Counted from the first letter of the stretch, positions 38,680 to 52,125 are shown. The stretch is DNA of 64,000 nt from Callorhinchus milii (GCF_018977255.1 NW_024704743.1:60080001-60144000); one strand, 5' to 3'. The notes: generated by a model from the letters alone, not told the origin. Numbers and translations are program-made.

Positions 38680-39117
38680 GCAGTAAAACCCAATTATAAT
38701 GCTCTTTGTTATAATGTCGATTTACATTTGGGTTCGGGATTGGGGTGTTACCGACAATTTACAGTACTTCAGAAAAAATATATAAATAATCCTTGCATTT
38801 GATTTAGTGCCTTACCAAGTCTTTGAGACGTCTCAAAGCACTTCACATAATATACTCTAAAATGAATTGACTGTATATTTTGCGGGCACATAATGTGCAC
38901 AGAAAGCTCCGACTTCATGGATGTTCATCTCACTTCAAATCACGAGATCATACAAATTTCAAACACAACCCGTCCCGATGCAGTTTCCTGCCCTGCGGCA
39001 TCACAAGTTACATGGTCAGTGACGGCACAATGCAAAAACACTGACCGCAGTTGTGCTCCGTTACACTGTTGCCTGGGATTTTATGGAGCCCAATACTATG
39101 TTAGAAGTTCTATTGTA
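38680..39117. mobile_element. Possible Tigger/pogo-like remnant interrupted by a SINE tail (38785-38900)
   Basis: Left CAGTAAAACCCAATTATAATG and right GTTAGAAGTTCTATTGTA resemble Tigger TIRs. Confidence 0.35.
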
Positions 39118-40947
39118 TATAGAACTTACATCAGGAAAAAGTGGGGAAAGATGTTAAGTCCAGCATAAGTTTTGCATAAAATATGGAAAGAACAAGCTGA
39201 ACAGTCTATTCTCATTCAATGTTTTCTTATATTCTAACAAATACAGCAGAAGCTCACAGGTACAGATTTCAATATTTTATAAGCCTGCACTTACAGGTCA
39301 ATTTCACCTCCCATCACCATTCCACAAAAAACTGCTCCACTTGTCACTTGTGAGGTTAGAAAAAAAAGCTGTAACTCAGAAATGATGCTGAAGGTGAAAC
39401 AATGCAGGAAATTCATCATTCATGGCACTGTCATCTCTCACATATGGAACACTAATCCACTAAAAATTTAGGACAAAGAAACAATATAAAGGCAAGTAGC
39501 CAAGCAAAGCTAGAAGAGTCTGCGACCTCACCAGGGAAAATCATTTAAGGAAAGGGAGAAGTACGAGCATCTTGTTGCACTTGATTTTTTTTTAAAAAAG
39601 AGAAACATTAGAATCAGAGAAACAATGGAACTGCAAAGCTAATCATAGGCCAGGACTCAGGTGTTCCCCACAATTAATGTACCTTATCATTGCTGTGATT
39701 TTAGATCCAAATTACCTTTAAATATTATTTACAGTGTTGAAGATATAGCTAAACAATATTTGAACCTTGTCTGGTTACATGCCAGTTTGCCTCCTGTGTT
39801 TTGAATCTATGAACCGTTTTCCCCTCAGATAAGCCTCTCATTCTAAAGGGAAGCATCTGTGCAAAGGAAAGATGTGGGGATATCCTGCTGGAGTTGGATC
39901 CCCTTCAGAATATTCAGTTATATTTTATGATCAGAATTTGAAAGCTTGAACTGATAGTTCGCTATGAGTTGGAACATGGATGACCATTCCGAAGACCAAA
40001 TTCAGCTCAATTAGGCATAATCTTATTTGTCTGATGAAGTGCTCTGGGACGCTACACCGTGTGAAGGGCACGATATACATGCAAGTTGTTGTTGTTGTTG
40101 AAAGCTTTGCTGTATTAAATACAAATCTCAAAGACCTTACTTAGTAATCTTGTCAAAATTGTTGTACTTATGATAAGCTGGAGCTTAATTTAGAACAAGT
40201 TACACATTTTGATAATAAATAAAATCAAACAAAACCATATTGGAGTAAATTGCTATGAATGAGCGAACAAGCAAATAGGTGTAGCACTACAAAGTATTTA
40301 TACTCCATAGGACGCGTACTACAAAGAGCATAGGTCAGACACATGCAATAATCTTTTCATTTTTGATATAGTGCCTTTCATGTCGGGCGGACGCCTCAAA
40401 GTGCGTCACAGGATTTACTGTAAAGTGTATTGACTGGGTATTTCGTGGAGAAAAATGATTTCTGAAGCAATTCAATACAGACTATGAAATGGCAAGATGC
40501 ACAATTTCTCCCTCCTTGGAGTTCTGAATAGAGATAAGCCAATGAAAATGAGCTAAAAATTAAACCTCACGATCCCCTTCAAAAAATACCTTGAGGTACA
40601 AAAGTAGCTTGCCCCCTAACCTCCTAAACTCTAGGAAATACAATATAACCTAACTTTGCCCAGCCAGTGACCCAATCATTGGTGGATATTGTAATATTAA
40701 AGCTGTTTCCCAAAGATAGAATGTAATTGAAATTGCTTTTTGATGTTAATATTGGTTAATTTTAGACAGAAATACAAATTTTGCTTGTTAGTTTATTCTA
40801 GACACCATATTAATTGCTTACTTCAAGTCACATTTTCAGTAGAGTGGCTGCCCTAAATTGAACCAAAACTAAACCAAATAAAATTTTAAAAATAGTACTT
40901 CTTTAAAAATAAAACATTACACGTTTAGTGAATGGGTAAATATGCTT

Positions 40948-41075
40948 ATTTTTTTTTGGTTAGCTGGGTGCAGAAATTCATCACCATGCTTAAAAGTATC
41001 CAAACCAGAGTTCCTTGCATCCCATGTATATGTGGAAATTCACAAGATATTTATTGAAATAGAATGTGCTCCCAA
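40948..41075 (-). repeat. Family X 3' end fragment
   Basis: GGTTTGGATACTTTTAAGCATGGTGATG...CAGCTAACC plus A run. Confidence 0.75.
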
Positions 41076-41327
41076 AATGCTTAAAAGAGGGAGAAATGTT
41101 GGGATGGAGAGATTATTACCATTATTTAGTTGAAATAATAGATTGCAACCATTTGATTGTTTGCAGGTATGACTGCACTCTATTATTGGAATTCACAGTA
41201 GTAACAAAAATATTCATACCTCACACTTCTATTTTTCCTTAAATGTCCATCAGTGTTACTTATATATCACAGGTTAATTTAATATACACAAGTTTAATCT
41301 GTAACATACAGCAATTGAGGGGATTTA

Positions 41328-41700
41328 GAAGCAGCATCCANTTTTTTATATTGCTTCAAGAAAGATCTCAATAAGCGATTGAAGTAAACACGCGATTTAT
41401 ACTTCATCTGAAAGGTCTTGCGCCTGGGAGTGACATAGGCATATTTGTTTTCGGATATCTCCTATCATTCATGAGTTATTTTCAGTTTTTGGCTGCAGTT
41501 ACACCTTGTGGCTGCCGAGTCAAAGTGGCGCTGTGGCATCGTGCGTCGCAGAGCACCTACGTATGTACGCACGCACTGCAGTTACATCTGGTGGCCGTAC
41601 CGGCTGACCATGGCACTATGGTATCTTGTCACAGAACACGCACGTAGCCAAGCGGCGTGAAAAAAATAAAGCACACAGACAAAGCTAAGTCCTGGCAACG
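41328..41700. mobile_element. CpG-rich putative DNA-transposon remnant (Kolobok-like)
   Basis: Composition differs sharply from the intron; TGAAAGGTCTTG...ATTCATGAGTTAT motif partly recurs at 48540-48670; family call is by recollection only. Confidence 0.3.
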
Positions 41701-42297
41701 ACAACACAATTACATTTTTAAAGCACCGAGTCCTCCCATTGAGTCCTCCTAAAAGGAGTCCTCCCAGATGAGTATAGATAAAGATGAAATGTCTATCTGT
41801 CTGTCAATCTACATTCCATATTGGATCCTTTGGTTGCAAACGTAGCTGCAATGGGTACAGGTAGTACTAAATAAGTACAAGTTTGAAATTTTAAAATAAT
41901 AAGATTTAAAATTCTTTAAATCTGGAATTGCAAAATGAAAAACATCTGTTGTTAGCTTTCTCAGCAACCTCAACATCAGGCTATAAAATCCAAGAGCAGA
42001 GATTCTGTGAAGGTGTGAATAGAACATTGGATTAATAATTCATCTAAATTCCTGCAGAATCGAACCAGCTCAAAACAATTCCCTGCAATTATACTAAGGA
42101 ACTGTGAAACAGCCTTCCAAGGAAATTGTTTTATGATCCTTTACATCTAAAAACTATATACCTGAGCATGACTTTAGGAATCATGGCGAAAGCTATAATC
42201 ATCCAATTATAAGATAAATAAAATGTACAAACATTGTTAGGGAAAAGAGAAGGAACTTTAGATCAAATAATAATATATTTTGTGATATTCATTTTAC

Positions 42298-42433
42298 CTC
42301 ATCATCATCTGCGTCGTACTGAGCGTAGTGCTGTTCTAGTAGCTCTCTTTGACGTCGCTCCTGCTCTAGAGTCTGACTGATCAATTGAGCGACTTCACTG
42401 CTCTGGCCAGGTTTCTCTCGTCCAATCAAGAAC
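42298..42433 (-). CDS. PPP1R9A: Neurabin-1 exon, end of PDZ and linker (136 nt, phase 2-0)
   Basis: gtgcag|GTTCTTG...GATGAG|gtaaaa; encodes [45 protein letters not shown]. Confidence 0.95.
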
Positions 42434-43965
42434 CTGCACGTAAAAAAGGAGGCTTGTTTCTTTTCCATTGCTACACGTGGTAAAATTATAAAGCTTCAAA
42501 CATTCTTCCTACAAGGGAACAAAACAAGTAATGTTCTTTATTGTTTTTTTTACACAAGAGTTTTGCGACATCAAATAAAACAGATTTATTCTTGAATAGT
42601 GTTTTGGACTTTGCTACCTTCAGGCTAGACATTAGGAGGCAAAAAATATTTATACCAACATGGATTAAATCCTAAGAAAAAGCACATCGACTGCTAACAT
42701 GCCTGCAGTCCAGTTTAAAATATTACATAAAACTTTTGAAATTCTACTGGGCTTTCATCCGATTACCATTACTTAGATCTTTCAATTACTAAGATATAAT
42801 TTGACGTGCAGTGAATTCCAGATTTTAGTTTTCCAAACTGGCTGATTTGAAACATAGAATTGAAGACCATGACAATCTGACTAATCATAAATTTTACTGT
42901 GAATCATTTCCCTTTATTGGACTTCCGAAACACCTCCAAGAGTGAAAATCCTTTAAAACAAGGATCAAAGGTTGTCCTATGAAGCATGGATAAACTGTTC
43001 AGCAAGCTTGATTTTTCTAATCTCTTTCCTCCTATTTACATGTCAGACTCATCATTTCATTGTCGGTTTCAAAAAGAATGATCAACACCAACCTACCAGG
43101 AACCTAGTTCACCAAAAGAGCCCAAGAAACTTGATGCAATATCAGTATCATGAAGCTGCATTGCAATCATGCTTTGGAGCAACAAAGTCATTGTGAAACG
43201 TTTGAGCACTGGAAAATATATCAACTTCAGAACATCACAAAGTCCTACATGTACACAGTGGTTATTATTAAGCAGCCTCCAGCTATTGGCATAATCTGAT
43301 GCTTTGGAAAGGAGCATAAAATGCATTCCAAGCTCCATTTTATGATATTGTGTTATTTGGCTAAGAATAAAAATATTGCCTTCTGATACATAGACGTTTG
43401 TGCTTGAGATCCTGTGCTTGAGATCCTGCTTGATAGTGAAGAAACTCTTTGGTGGTGAAGTTAAACAGAAACTCAAAAGACTGGCTAACAATTTACACAT
43501 ATCTGCTCTAGTCTCCTTTAGAATCAAAGACTCCAAATGTTCACATCACAACAAAGGAATTCTTTTGAAAATCAAATAAGGTTTTCATCAGAAGGTGTGA
43601 CAATATTTTAAAAAAGAAAAAAATCTGCCAAGCCTGTTGTGAGTTTATCAAAAACTAATGTCACATGCAGACAACGGTGGTCCCTCTATGTCTGGGAGAA
43701 GTTTGGAAAACATTGTTTTACCAGGTGTGGGGAGACTACCAAAGCTGAACAGTTCTTTGGGACTTGGGAATAGAGCAGATATGAGAAAGGACAGTATAGA
43801 GAGAGAGAAACGGGAGACCCGACCTGATCGTTTGAAATTGTTTTTCTGTCTGTGAAGAAAAGTACCATTTGCAAAATAAAACAGAATTGCAGGTAAAACT
43901 TTCCATTTTTGCTATTTTGTTTAATGCTTTTACTTGTTACTTTAAAAGTCTGTGTTTGTACATAA

Positions 43966-44340
43966 TGTAGCACGGACCACTGAGCCAGGCAGATAAACAT
44001 GGAGGCCTTCATTATAATACAGGTTTAATCACAGGTGAGGGAAAACCTGGAACAACAACAGCAAAACAGCAATTGCAGAGACATGCAGGTACCTGGGCAC
44101 CTGCCACAGTTCTTACAGATCCGTGCACTCACAATCCTCCCTCTTCTAACAATTAACCAACCTCGGGTTAGCCATGTGGCCTAATCCTCATGCTACCTGG
44201 CCGAGGCTACGGTCTCCACCTTTCTCAGCCCAGCACCAGCAAGAGAGAGAAAGAGAGAGATGGGGGTGTCGCACCTTCTGAAAAAGGCATGGGCTCCACC
44301 CCTCAAACCTGCCTGCCCTGAAGTCATTGTGCCCACTACA
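43966..44340 (-). mobile_element. Solo LTR (375 bp)
   Basis: TGTAG...CTACA inverted termini, ATTAAA signal near the minus-strand 3' end, CT-rich tract, near-TSD ataa/atat. Confidence 0.7.
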
Positions 44341-44420
44341 ATATATATATATACTTAAATTTATAAGATTTGTAAAGCATTTGGAATTAAAACGAATTTG
44401 TTAATTGGAAAATGAGCTGG

Positions 44421-44732
44421 TGTGGTGGCTGATATATTTCCATCCTTTTATTGTGGAGTAAAGAGCAATTTACTGGTGTTTATTGTTGGCTCGGGTTAGT
44501 CCGAGTGTGATTGTTTGCACCTGCGTAATGAGTGCATCCAAACCGTAGAATAAACTCAGAAGGAGCAAAGACGGATGTAGCTAAGATCTGTAGTAACTCA
44601 GAAAGGGGCCCCTGAGAAGGCACGCGATAAAGATAAGCCAGATGATTATACATTTAGCACAGAAGGGTACAAAAGCATCGGCCTATGATTGCCATAGACA
44701 GCCAACCAATAATGCTGAATACACTCTATACA
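44421..44732 (-). mobile_element. Possible second solo LTR
   Basis: TGT...ACA termini and AATAAA on the minus strand near the 3' end; no clear TSD. Confidence 0.4.
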
Positions 44733-45309
44733 TGTCAAATGCTTTCTTAAACACAGAATTACAAAATTACAAAGAAAAGTTTTATGTTTTTATATAAACA
44801 TTTGCTTCCAATAATGAATGCCACCTAATAGAGTTTAGAATCATGTATGCTTTTGATGAATGTGATAAGACTGTAGATACAGTAGATTACTGGCAAATGA
44901 AGATCAACACCAGGGGAACAAAAATAATGGCACACTAAATCATTTCACAGTTTGGGCAGACACCTTTTTTGGTTTCAAACAAATCACAATCTTAAAGCTA
45001 AACCAAACTGAAATAGAAATAAAAGTCTAGAGGGAGTACATTCTGTTCAAAACACTTTCCAAGATATAGAGGGAAAAAGTACATTTATAAAAGTAGCAAG
45101 GAATACTTGCTTTTCTACATTAACTGGGATCTGGTGTCTCCATTCCTGGGCCAATTTAGAGATGTATGTTGGAGGGAGCAGCCATGTTTGCCCCAGAGCA
45201 GCTCCATAGAACCAAAATGCAAAAACATAGTTTAGATTACTTTTACAGCTGTTTAGTCCTTGACTAAAGCATTACTAAAAAAAACATTAAATAGAATTAT
45301 TTTATTTCA

Positions 45310-45540
45310 GAACAACAACTTGGCTTTATATTGCACCTTTCACGTAGGGTAATATCTCAAAACACTTAGCAGTGATGGTGCTGGTCACTGATCAGGGAGG
45401 ATAGAGGAGGTAGGTAGAGAAAGATGACCAGAGCCAAAGAGGAAGGTTTTCAAAAGGCCTTTAAGAGAGAGAAGGGGGAGGGGGGGAGAGGCAAAGAGTA
45501 TTTGGGAGAGAGCTCCAGAGGGTAGAGGGTCCTTGACTAA
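45310..45540 (-). mobile_element. Old L2 3' end
   Basis: ACAACAACTT...CACCTTTCACGT tail and purine-rich 3' UTR. Confidence 0.7.
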
Positions 45541-45621
45541 ACGGCTTAATCTGTATCACAGTTCTCAGTATAAATGTAAATTAAATATAAATGAAATATA
45601 AATGAAAATTCCTTGCATTTG

Positions 45622-46852
45622 ATCATAGAATCATAGAATTTTCCAGCACAGAAGGAGGCCATTCGGCCAATCGTGTCTGTGCCGGCTCTTTGAAAAGAGC
45701 TATTCAATTCAATCCCACTCCCCTACTCTCTTCCCATAGCCCTGCAAACTTGTCCTATCCAAATAATTATTTACTTCTCTCTTAGAAAGTTGTTATCGAA
45801 TCGGCTTCCACCATCCTTTCAGGCAATGCATTCCAGATCCAAACAACTCACTGTGTGAAAAATTTATCCTCACTTCCCCTCTGTTTCTTTTAACAACTAT
45901 CCTCAGGTTACTGACCCACCCATCAGTGGAAATAATTTCCCCTTGTTCATCCTATCAAATCCCCTCATATATTGAAAACTTCTATTAAGTCTCCTCTTAA
46001 CCTTTTCTGCCCCAAGGAGAATAATCCTAGCTTCTCTAGCCTCTCCTGATACTGAAGTCCCTCATTCCTGATACCATCCTGGTAAATCTCCTTTGCACCC
46101 TCTCCAATGCCTTGACATTCTTCCTAAAGTGTGGGCCCAGAACTGAACACAGTACTTTAGCTGAGGCCTAACTAGTGTTTTATAAAGGTTTATCATAATT
46201 TCCTGACTTGTGTGTTCTATACACCTATTTATAAAGCCTAATAACCCGTTTGCTTTTTTAACATCTTTATCTACCTGTCCTGCCACCTTCAAAGGTTTAC
46301 TTATATGAACCCCCAGTTCTCTCTGTTCCTTCACCCCCTTTAAGACTGTACCATCAGCTTATATGGCCTCATTCTTCCTTTCAAAATGCATCACTTCGCA
46401 TTTCTCCACATTAAACTTCACTTTCCACATGTCTACCCATTTTATGAGTCTGTCTATGTCCATTTGCTTCTATCCTCCTCACTGTTTACTACTTTTTCTA
46501 GCTTAGATTCATCTGCAAACTTGGAAATTGTACTCCCTATACCCAAGTTCAGGTCATTTCTATAAATCAAACACAGCAGTGGTCCCAATACTGACCCCTG
46601 GGGGACACCACTGCACACTTCCCTCCAGTCAGAAAAACAACCATTCACCACCACTCATTGCTTTCTGTCTCCCAGCCAGTTGCGTCTCCGTGCTGTCACT
46701 GTCCCTTTAATACCGTGGGCTTCTATCTTGATTACAAATCTCTTATGTGGCACTTTATCAAACGCCTTTTGAAAATCCATATAAACTACATCAACTGCAC
46801 TACTTTCATCTACCTTCTCTGTTACTTCATCAAAAAAATCAGGCGTGCTGTT
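45622..46852 (-). mobile_element. CR1 LINE, 5'-truncated
   Basis: DVVYMDFQKAFDKVPH, SGVPQGSVLGP, SKFADE, LYKTLVRPQLKYCVQFW; (ATTCTATG)n tail. Confidence 0.93.
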
Positions 46853-47384
46853 TCTTTTCAGCAAAACAAAAATATTTTCTTTGTGCATTTACATCAGGAT
46901 ATTCCTGCAATAAGGGAACACCAGATGGTTAATGTTTGTGCTTTTATATGGTATTGATTTTAGAATATGTGGTCAGCAGTTTTGCAGGGTGTAACTGCTT
47001 GGTTACAAATTAGATCTGGGATGAGACTGAATAGCAAACGTGTTAATTTGTCAAAACCTTAAATTGGACTGCTCCCAGGGGTCTACATTTTCTTTTATAC
47101 ATTTGAATCAAAATAGATTGCCTTTAACCTTGCTGTGATTTAAAGATCTTGATTTATGAGTGATCTTGATTTATGTGTATTGAGTACCAGTTTGTTTTAG
47201 TGTTAAGGCAGATTGGTCCAGTGAAAATGGTTTTGGTACAGAGCACCAGATTGTCGAGGCAATTGCTATTTATAATGCTTTGTTCATCATGGTTTTAAGC
47301 TAATGTAAGTCTCCTATTTTACAACTACTCCTAGGAGAAAGGAATTTTGGAATGTTTGAACACTGGTATTCATGTAATTGCTTG

Positions 47385-47650
47385 GCAAATTAACGATATG
47401 CGATTTTAGTTGGTTAAACTTTAGGATACCCCAACACACTGGTCCCCAACCTTTGCTCTTGTCATCCAATGCCTGTTACTTTCTGGAAATAGTTATACAA
47501 AGTGCAACTATCAAGGGAGAGAATGTGCATTCCATTCCAGACAGTGCAATTTTCATGATATCATGCATATGTGGAACTCTGTCCGGTTTGGATACTCTTA
47601 AGTGCAGTGATGGGTTTCCGCAAGAATCAGACACCGGTAGACCAAAAAAC
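47385..47650 (+). repeat. Family X 3' fragment
   Basis: GGTTTGGATACTCTTAAGTGCAGTGATGGGTTTCC...GACCAAAAAA. Confidence 0.75.
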
Positions 47651-48290
47651 ATGCTTTATTTATGTACACCACTGTATACAATGCATAAATAGTGATGTTT
47701 GGAATCCATAAAAACCCTACAGAAGTTGATTTTTTTTAAACATAGAAAGCTAAAATGGCCAACATCTGGGTCACGAGGACCCAGTTCAATGTTACTTCTT
47801 GCTTTGCACATGTACAGCTAAGCAAGAAATTATGTCAGAGGAAACCTAATATCTCAGAAGTCTGCCATTTTAGCGCAAAATGCAGGCTAGCTGTACGCAT
47901 ACACAGTGAACTGGGTTCACAGTGCAACCACATTATAAGCAAACGCATCATACAGTGAGGCATTTTATAATGGTGCTGTACTAAATATGAGTCAGTTCCT
48001 TTTTTTAAAAATGGTTTGCAAGTCATAATAAGTTGTTCAGAAAAAGAAACCATAAATCTCTCACCTTTGTAAAAGGACTAAGTAATTGTTGGGTAACTTT
48101 TTCCACTCAAAGCTATGGTATGAAAGAATTAAAACTAATTTATATTTTTAAAAGCCTGTGCATACATAATGAAGCAAGACCCTTATACTCTTTCCAGAAT
48201 AGAAATATGAGCATCTTGACTAGATATTGCCATATTTTTATCACCTGCTTTGGAAAAACTATTTTCGAATTCCCCACCTCACATCGAAAA

Positions 48291-48347
48291 AATAATAGTA
48301 ATCTAAATCTAGTAATCTAATAATAGTAATCTAAATGTAATCTAAAT
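48291..48347. repeat. Short degenerate tandem repeat (TAGTAATCTAA)n
   Basis: About four GTAATCTAA units. Confidence 0.7.
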
Positions 48348-48939
48348 TACATTTTTAAAAATTGTTAATATATAAGAACAATCTGTAGATAATTATGTCA
48401 AAATAGATAATTCATTCAAAAAATCTTTTGAAATATCATTGTGTACTGAGTATGTAGTTTACTTCATCTTCAGGTAACTGCCACAATTCTTTAATATAGC
48501 TCTATGTAAATGTTATTAGATATTCTTATATTTAATATCTTCCAATGNTTTTTTTACCTGGAAGCATCTTACCAACTTGAGACCTTAGTACATTTTCAAT
48601 ACAAAATAAAAGACCTGCAATGTTTTTGATCACATGGTTGCCTTGAGTTATATATTCATGAGTTATGTCCAGCAGCAAAGTGAAAGGACCGCCCTAGCTG
48701 CAAGTTTCTTTGCTGAGTTCAAATTGACCTACTTGCAAAACAATACAGGATGCTAGAAGCTATATTTGGAAAGGATGAATGTTAGCCTGGATAATACATA
48801 CAATGCTGGTCAAACCTATTTTAGCATACTTCTTTCATTGTACTGTATTGTCTCTAAACTAATACATTTATAAACCTGTTCCAGTGATGTACAATTCAAA
48901 ATTGCCAATTAAATTTCAGATGAATAAATACTAAAATGT

Positions 48940-49845
48940 GGAGTCATTATTGTATATAGAAACCATCATTTACCATCAGAGGGAGCTAGGGCCTGAGGAA
49001 ATGCACGTTCTTAAAATGCAGCTGGGCAAAGATGAATATTCGTGCACTTTAGTATCTGCAAAGCTGAATGCAGTTGTCAGTGTGTTAGGGGAGCTAGGCC
49101 AAAATAGGGAGAGGTATTAAAGGGGGTGCCTCAGGGGTCTGCACCGGGACCTCTCCTGTTCCTCACTTTTCTTTATAGAGTTTGTTTTATATACACACTA
49201 ATAGCTTTAGCCATCTATTTCACAGTTTCTTCATGAATCCTTGGGTAGAATCCATCTGTGCATGTTGCTTTGTCCTCTAAGTTTATTTAGTATCTCCTTC
49301 TCCTTATCTTGACTGCTGTGATTTCATTCCTTGCACCATCTATTATTCCTATAATATCTTCTTTATCACTCTACTTTGTGAAAATTGTGAAAAGCATTCA
49401 TTTAGCATTCCAGCCATTTCTTTATCATCTCAATGTATTTATCTATTCTTTTATTACGTAATGTGCCTACAAATCACCTTACTGTTTCTTTTTGTGTAAT
49501 TTTCAATTAATAATTTTGCTTTTTCACCCTAATCATCTTTTTAACCTCTTTCCTAAACTTCCATTCATTTGTGTTTTCTTCATTTTGTAATTTTTATTTC
49601 TTTCCCCAGATTCAATTCTATGCTAACCTGCTTAACCATCCATGTCTTCTCATTATTTGATATTTTTTCTTTATTTCTCAATAGAATATATTTCTCCTGT
49701 AGCTTTTCTAACTCATGTTTACATTGCTTCCATTGTTGCTCAATGTCATTATTTGGCTGTTTTTCACTCCAGTTTACCTCCGCTAGTTCATTCCTCATTC
49801 TATTGTAGTTAGCTTTTTCCAGTTCATTCTCTTGTCATCACCTTA
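48940..49845. mobile_element. Old CR1 fragments: RT piece (+, to ~49170) and EN-RT linker (-, ~49200-49845)
   Basis: GGGGTGCCTCAGGGGTCT..GGACC on +; KANYNRMRNELAEVNW...LQEKYI on -. Confidence 0.65.
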
Positions 49846-50285
49846 GAGCTTGCTTGGCTCAGTTAACAGCAGTCTTGCCTCTGCTTCAGAAGATTGTGGG
49901 TTCAAGCCACAAGTTGAAAATTTGAGCTCACAGTCTAGGGTGACACCCCAGTGCAGTTCTGAGAGAGCATTATACTGTTGGAGGTACTGGTCTTCGGATG
50001 AGATGTTAAACAGATGTCCATCTGTCTGTTGAGGAGGATAATTTTAAGATCCCATGGCATTATTCGAAAAGAGAAGGGAATTTCCCCCATTATCCTAGCT
50101 AACAATGCCCCAGATAAAACTGCTCATTCACTGCATGGCTATTTATGGGGCTTTGTTGTTTTCAAATTGGCTGCCATGTTTGCCTCCAAATTCATAGTCA
50201 CGACACTTTAAAGCAATCCTGTGAAGTGCTTTGAGACATTCTAGAAACAAGCTATATCAAATGCAACGTTTAGTATTATTATCAC
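49846..50285 (+). mobile_element. Full-length old DeuSINE-like element
   Basis: tRNA-like head GCTTGGCTCAG...GGGTTCAAG; Deu motifs TCTTCGGATGAGATGTTAAAC, AAGATCCCATGGCA, AAATTGGCTGCCATGTTT; L2-type tail. Confidence 0.8.
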
Positions 50286-50679
50286 TACCCATTAGGTGTC
50301 TTGTTTTTAAAGTAACGAGATTTATTCAAAACTCATTTATTCAAATGAAGGAACTAATAGAAATTCTTAAAAAATCAAGGAAATTTAGATGGGCAAATTG
50401 GTGCAATTATCGGATAACTTTAAATTTCAGTGGATAACATTGTTTTTGTTGGGAATTTGATAGAATACATAGTAAATAATAGTGGAAACAAATCATTGCC
50501 TGCTAACAGGGAATGACTTATGATGTTCGACAAAAATCATTTTTATGTTATTCAAACAGCTGACAGCATGACAATATAAATCCCAAGGAGACCAACCAGT
50601 GAAAAAAATTGCAACAAAGATAACAATAAAAAAGCAGAAAGTAAATTCAGATAAAATAGATACAAGGTTAAGTTAACAA

Positions 50680-51345
50680 AAAAAGTATTTAAGGTTGCAA
50701 TGCCTGAAGCAATATAGGAAAATGCTAGAATTGGAAGCTTATATATCTGAGGACAACTATAACATAACCGGAATTATTTGAACATGGCTCACACCAGCTG
50801 ACAATAATAAATTGCATATTCAACGTAATTAAGAATTCAGGAAAGACAATAATGGAGAGGAGATAGAGGGGAAAAAAGTAGGAGCAATACATGTTCAGAA
50901 TAATCTGGAGATCAATGAAGCAGATTTGATTTCAATGGGAAAGACAACAATCAAAACAATCTGGCTAGTGTTTAGCAGATGGAGGATAGTGTTCACAATA
51001 GGTGTCTGCTACACCTCCCCCAGGAAATAAATGAGAACCATACAAAGAGATAAAAAGAATTTATACATAGACAACTGTTGTAATAATGTATACTAATAAT
51101 GGATTCAATCAATGGTGAGAGAATCTGAAAGTATCCAGATGGGACCAAAACCAGAATCAGAAAATGGTTTAGGGTTGTTTTAATCCAATATTTTACAGGT
51201 CCCACCATGCATAACTCATGTCTGGACCACATGATAAAGATAAACATTATCACATAAATGTAGTGGAGCATTTGGGGAAAAAATACTGCAGTACTGATAT
51301 ATTTATCCAATAAGTAGCACAAAATAAACCTGGAATACTTCTTAA
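50680..51345 (+). mobile_element. Old CR1 endonuclease-region fragment
   Basis: Decayed APE motifs: LELEAYISEDNYNITGII.TWL, FRKD, IGVCY.SP. Confidence 0.65.
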
Positions 51346-51599
51346 AAGGTGGTAGTTGAGATCCGTAAAATCTCAACCCACTTTATAACTGTGTGTGATC
51401 GGCAGAGAACATTTCTGCATTTGCTGCACATAAGCGCAGAAAGCCAGCCAGTTTCCTGCTCTAAACAATGTTGGACTGGACTTTGGGTCATCAGTATTGA
51501 CCATTCACAGTTGTTGCATATTGCATATAAATTTAAATCAGTGATGACACAGACATCACCCATTTTTTAGCACACAAGAAGCCAGCCATTGCTTTGAAG

Positions 51600-51679
51600 T
51601 GAAATGTCCATGCATCTTCAATGAATGTGTACCCTTTCCTTGGAGGGATGCACCTTGCTAACCCAATTCAAGATCAGCA

Positions 51680-51712
<33 letters not shown>

Positions 51713-52125
51713 AGGCCACAGCAGTCTCTGGTCCGGGAGGAAGGAGAGTAAAGCAGATCATGAAATGTCACACTGAGGCCACCAAAAAGATTATTGGAGA
51801 ATCACTGTTCTGGACAGTATGAGGCAGAGGATGGCGAGAGGCAAGGCTTGGGCAGTGAGTGTTGGTGAACTGCTGGTGTTACCTGCTAAAACTGCACAAC
51901 CTGCCAATGAAAGCACTGTCTGGCAAATTTCCTGTTGCCTGTCCAGCTAGAATAAATCCACCATTAGGGCAGTTGCAGGAGCTAAGTGAGAAGAATCCCT
52001 GCCATGAGTGATCAATCTCCAAATCCTGCCAATTGAGCCAGGATGGCCTATCTGTTATCAGCAGTGCCTTGGGTATTGGTTCAGGAACTGGACTACCAAT
52101 ACGGCCACAGAGAGTTGACCTGTTT
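51600..52125 (-). repeat. Family X copy containing a hAT MITE
   Basis: Collinear with 25988..26600 on both sides of the insertion. Confidence 0.75.
51675..51807. mobile_element. Charlie/MER5-like hAT MITE (133 bp)
   Basis: Imperfect TIRs CAGCATTTCTCAAA / TTGGAGAATCACTG; 8-bp flanks TTCAAGAT / TTCTGGAC resemble the NTCTAGAN Charlie target. Confidence 0.65.

Noticed and set aside
41728..48347. CRISPR-like arrays from short repeats (41728, 47143, 48291)
   Set aside because: Only 2-4 short degenerate units, no unique spacers, eukaryotic intron context
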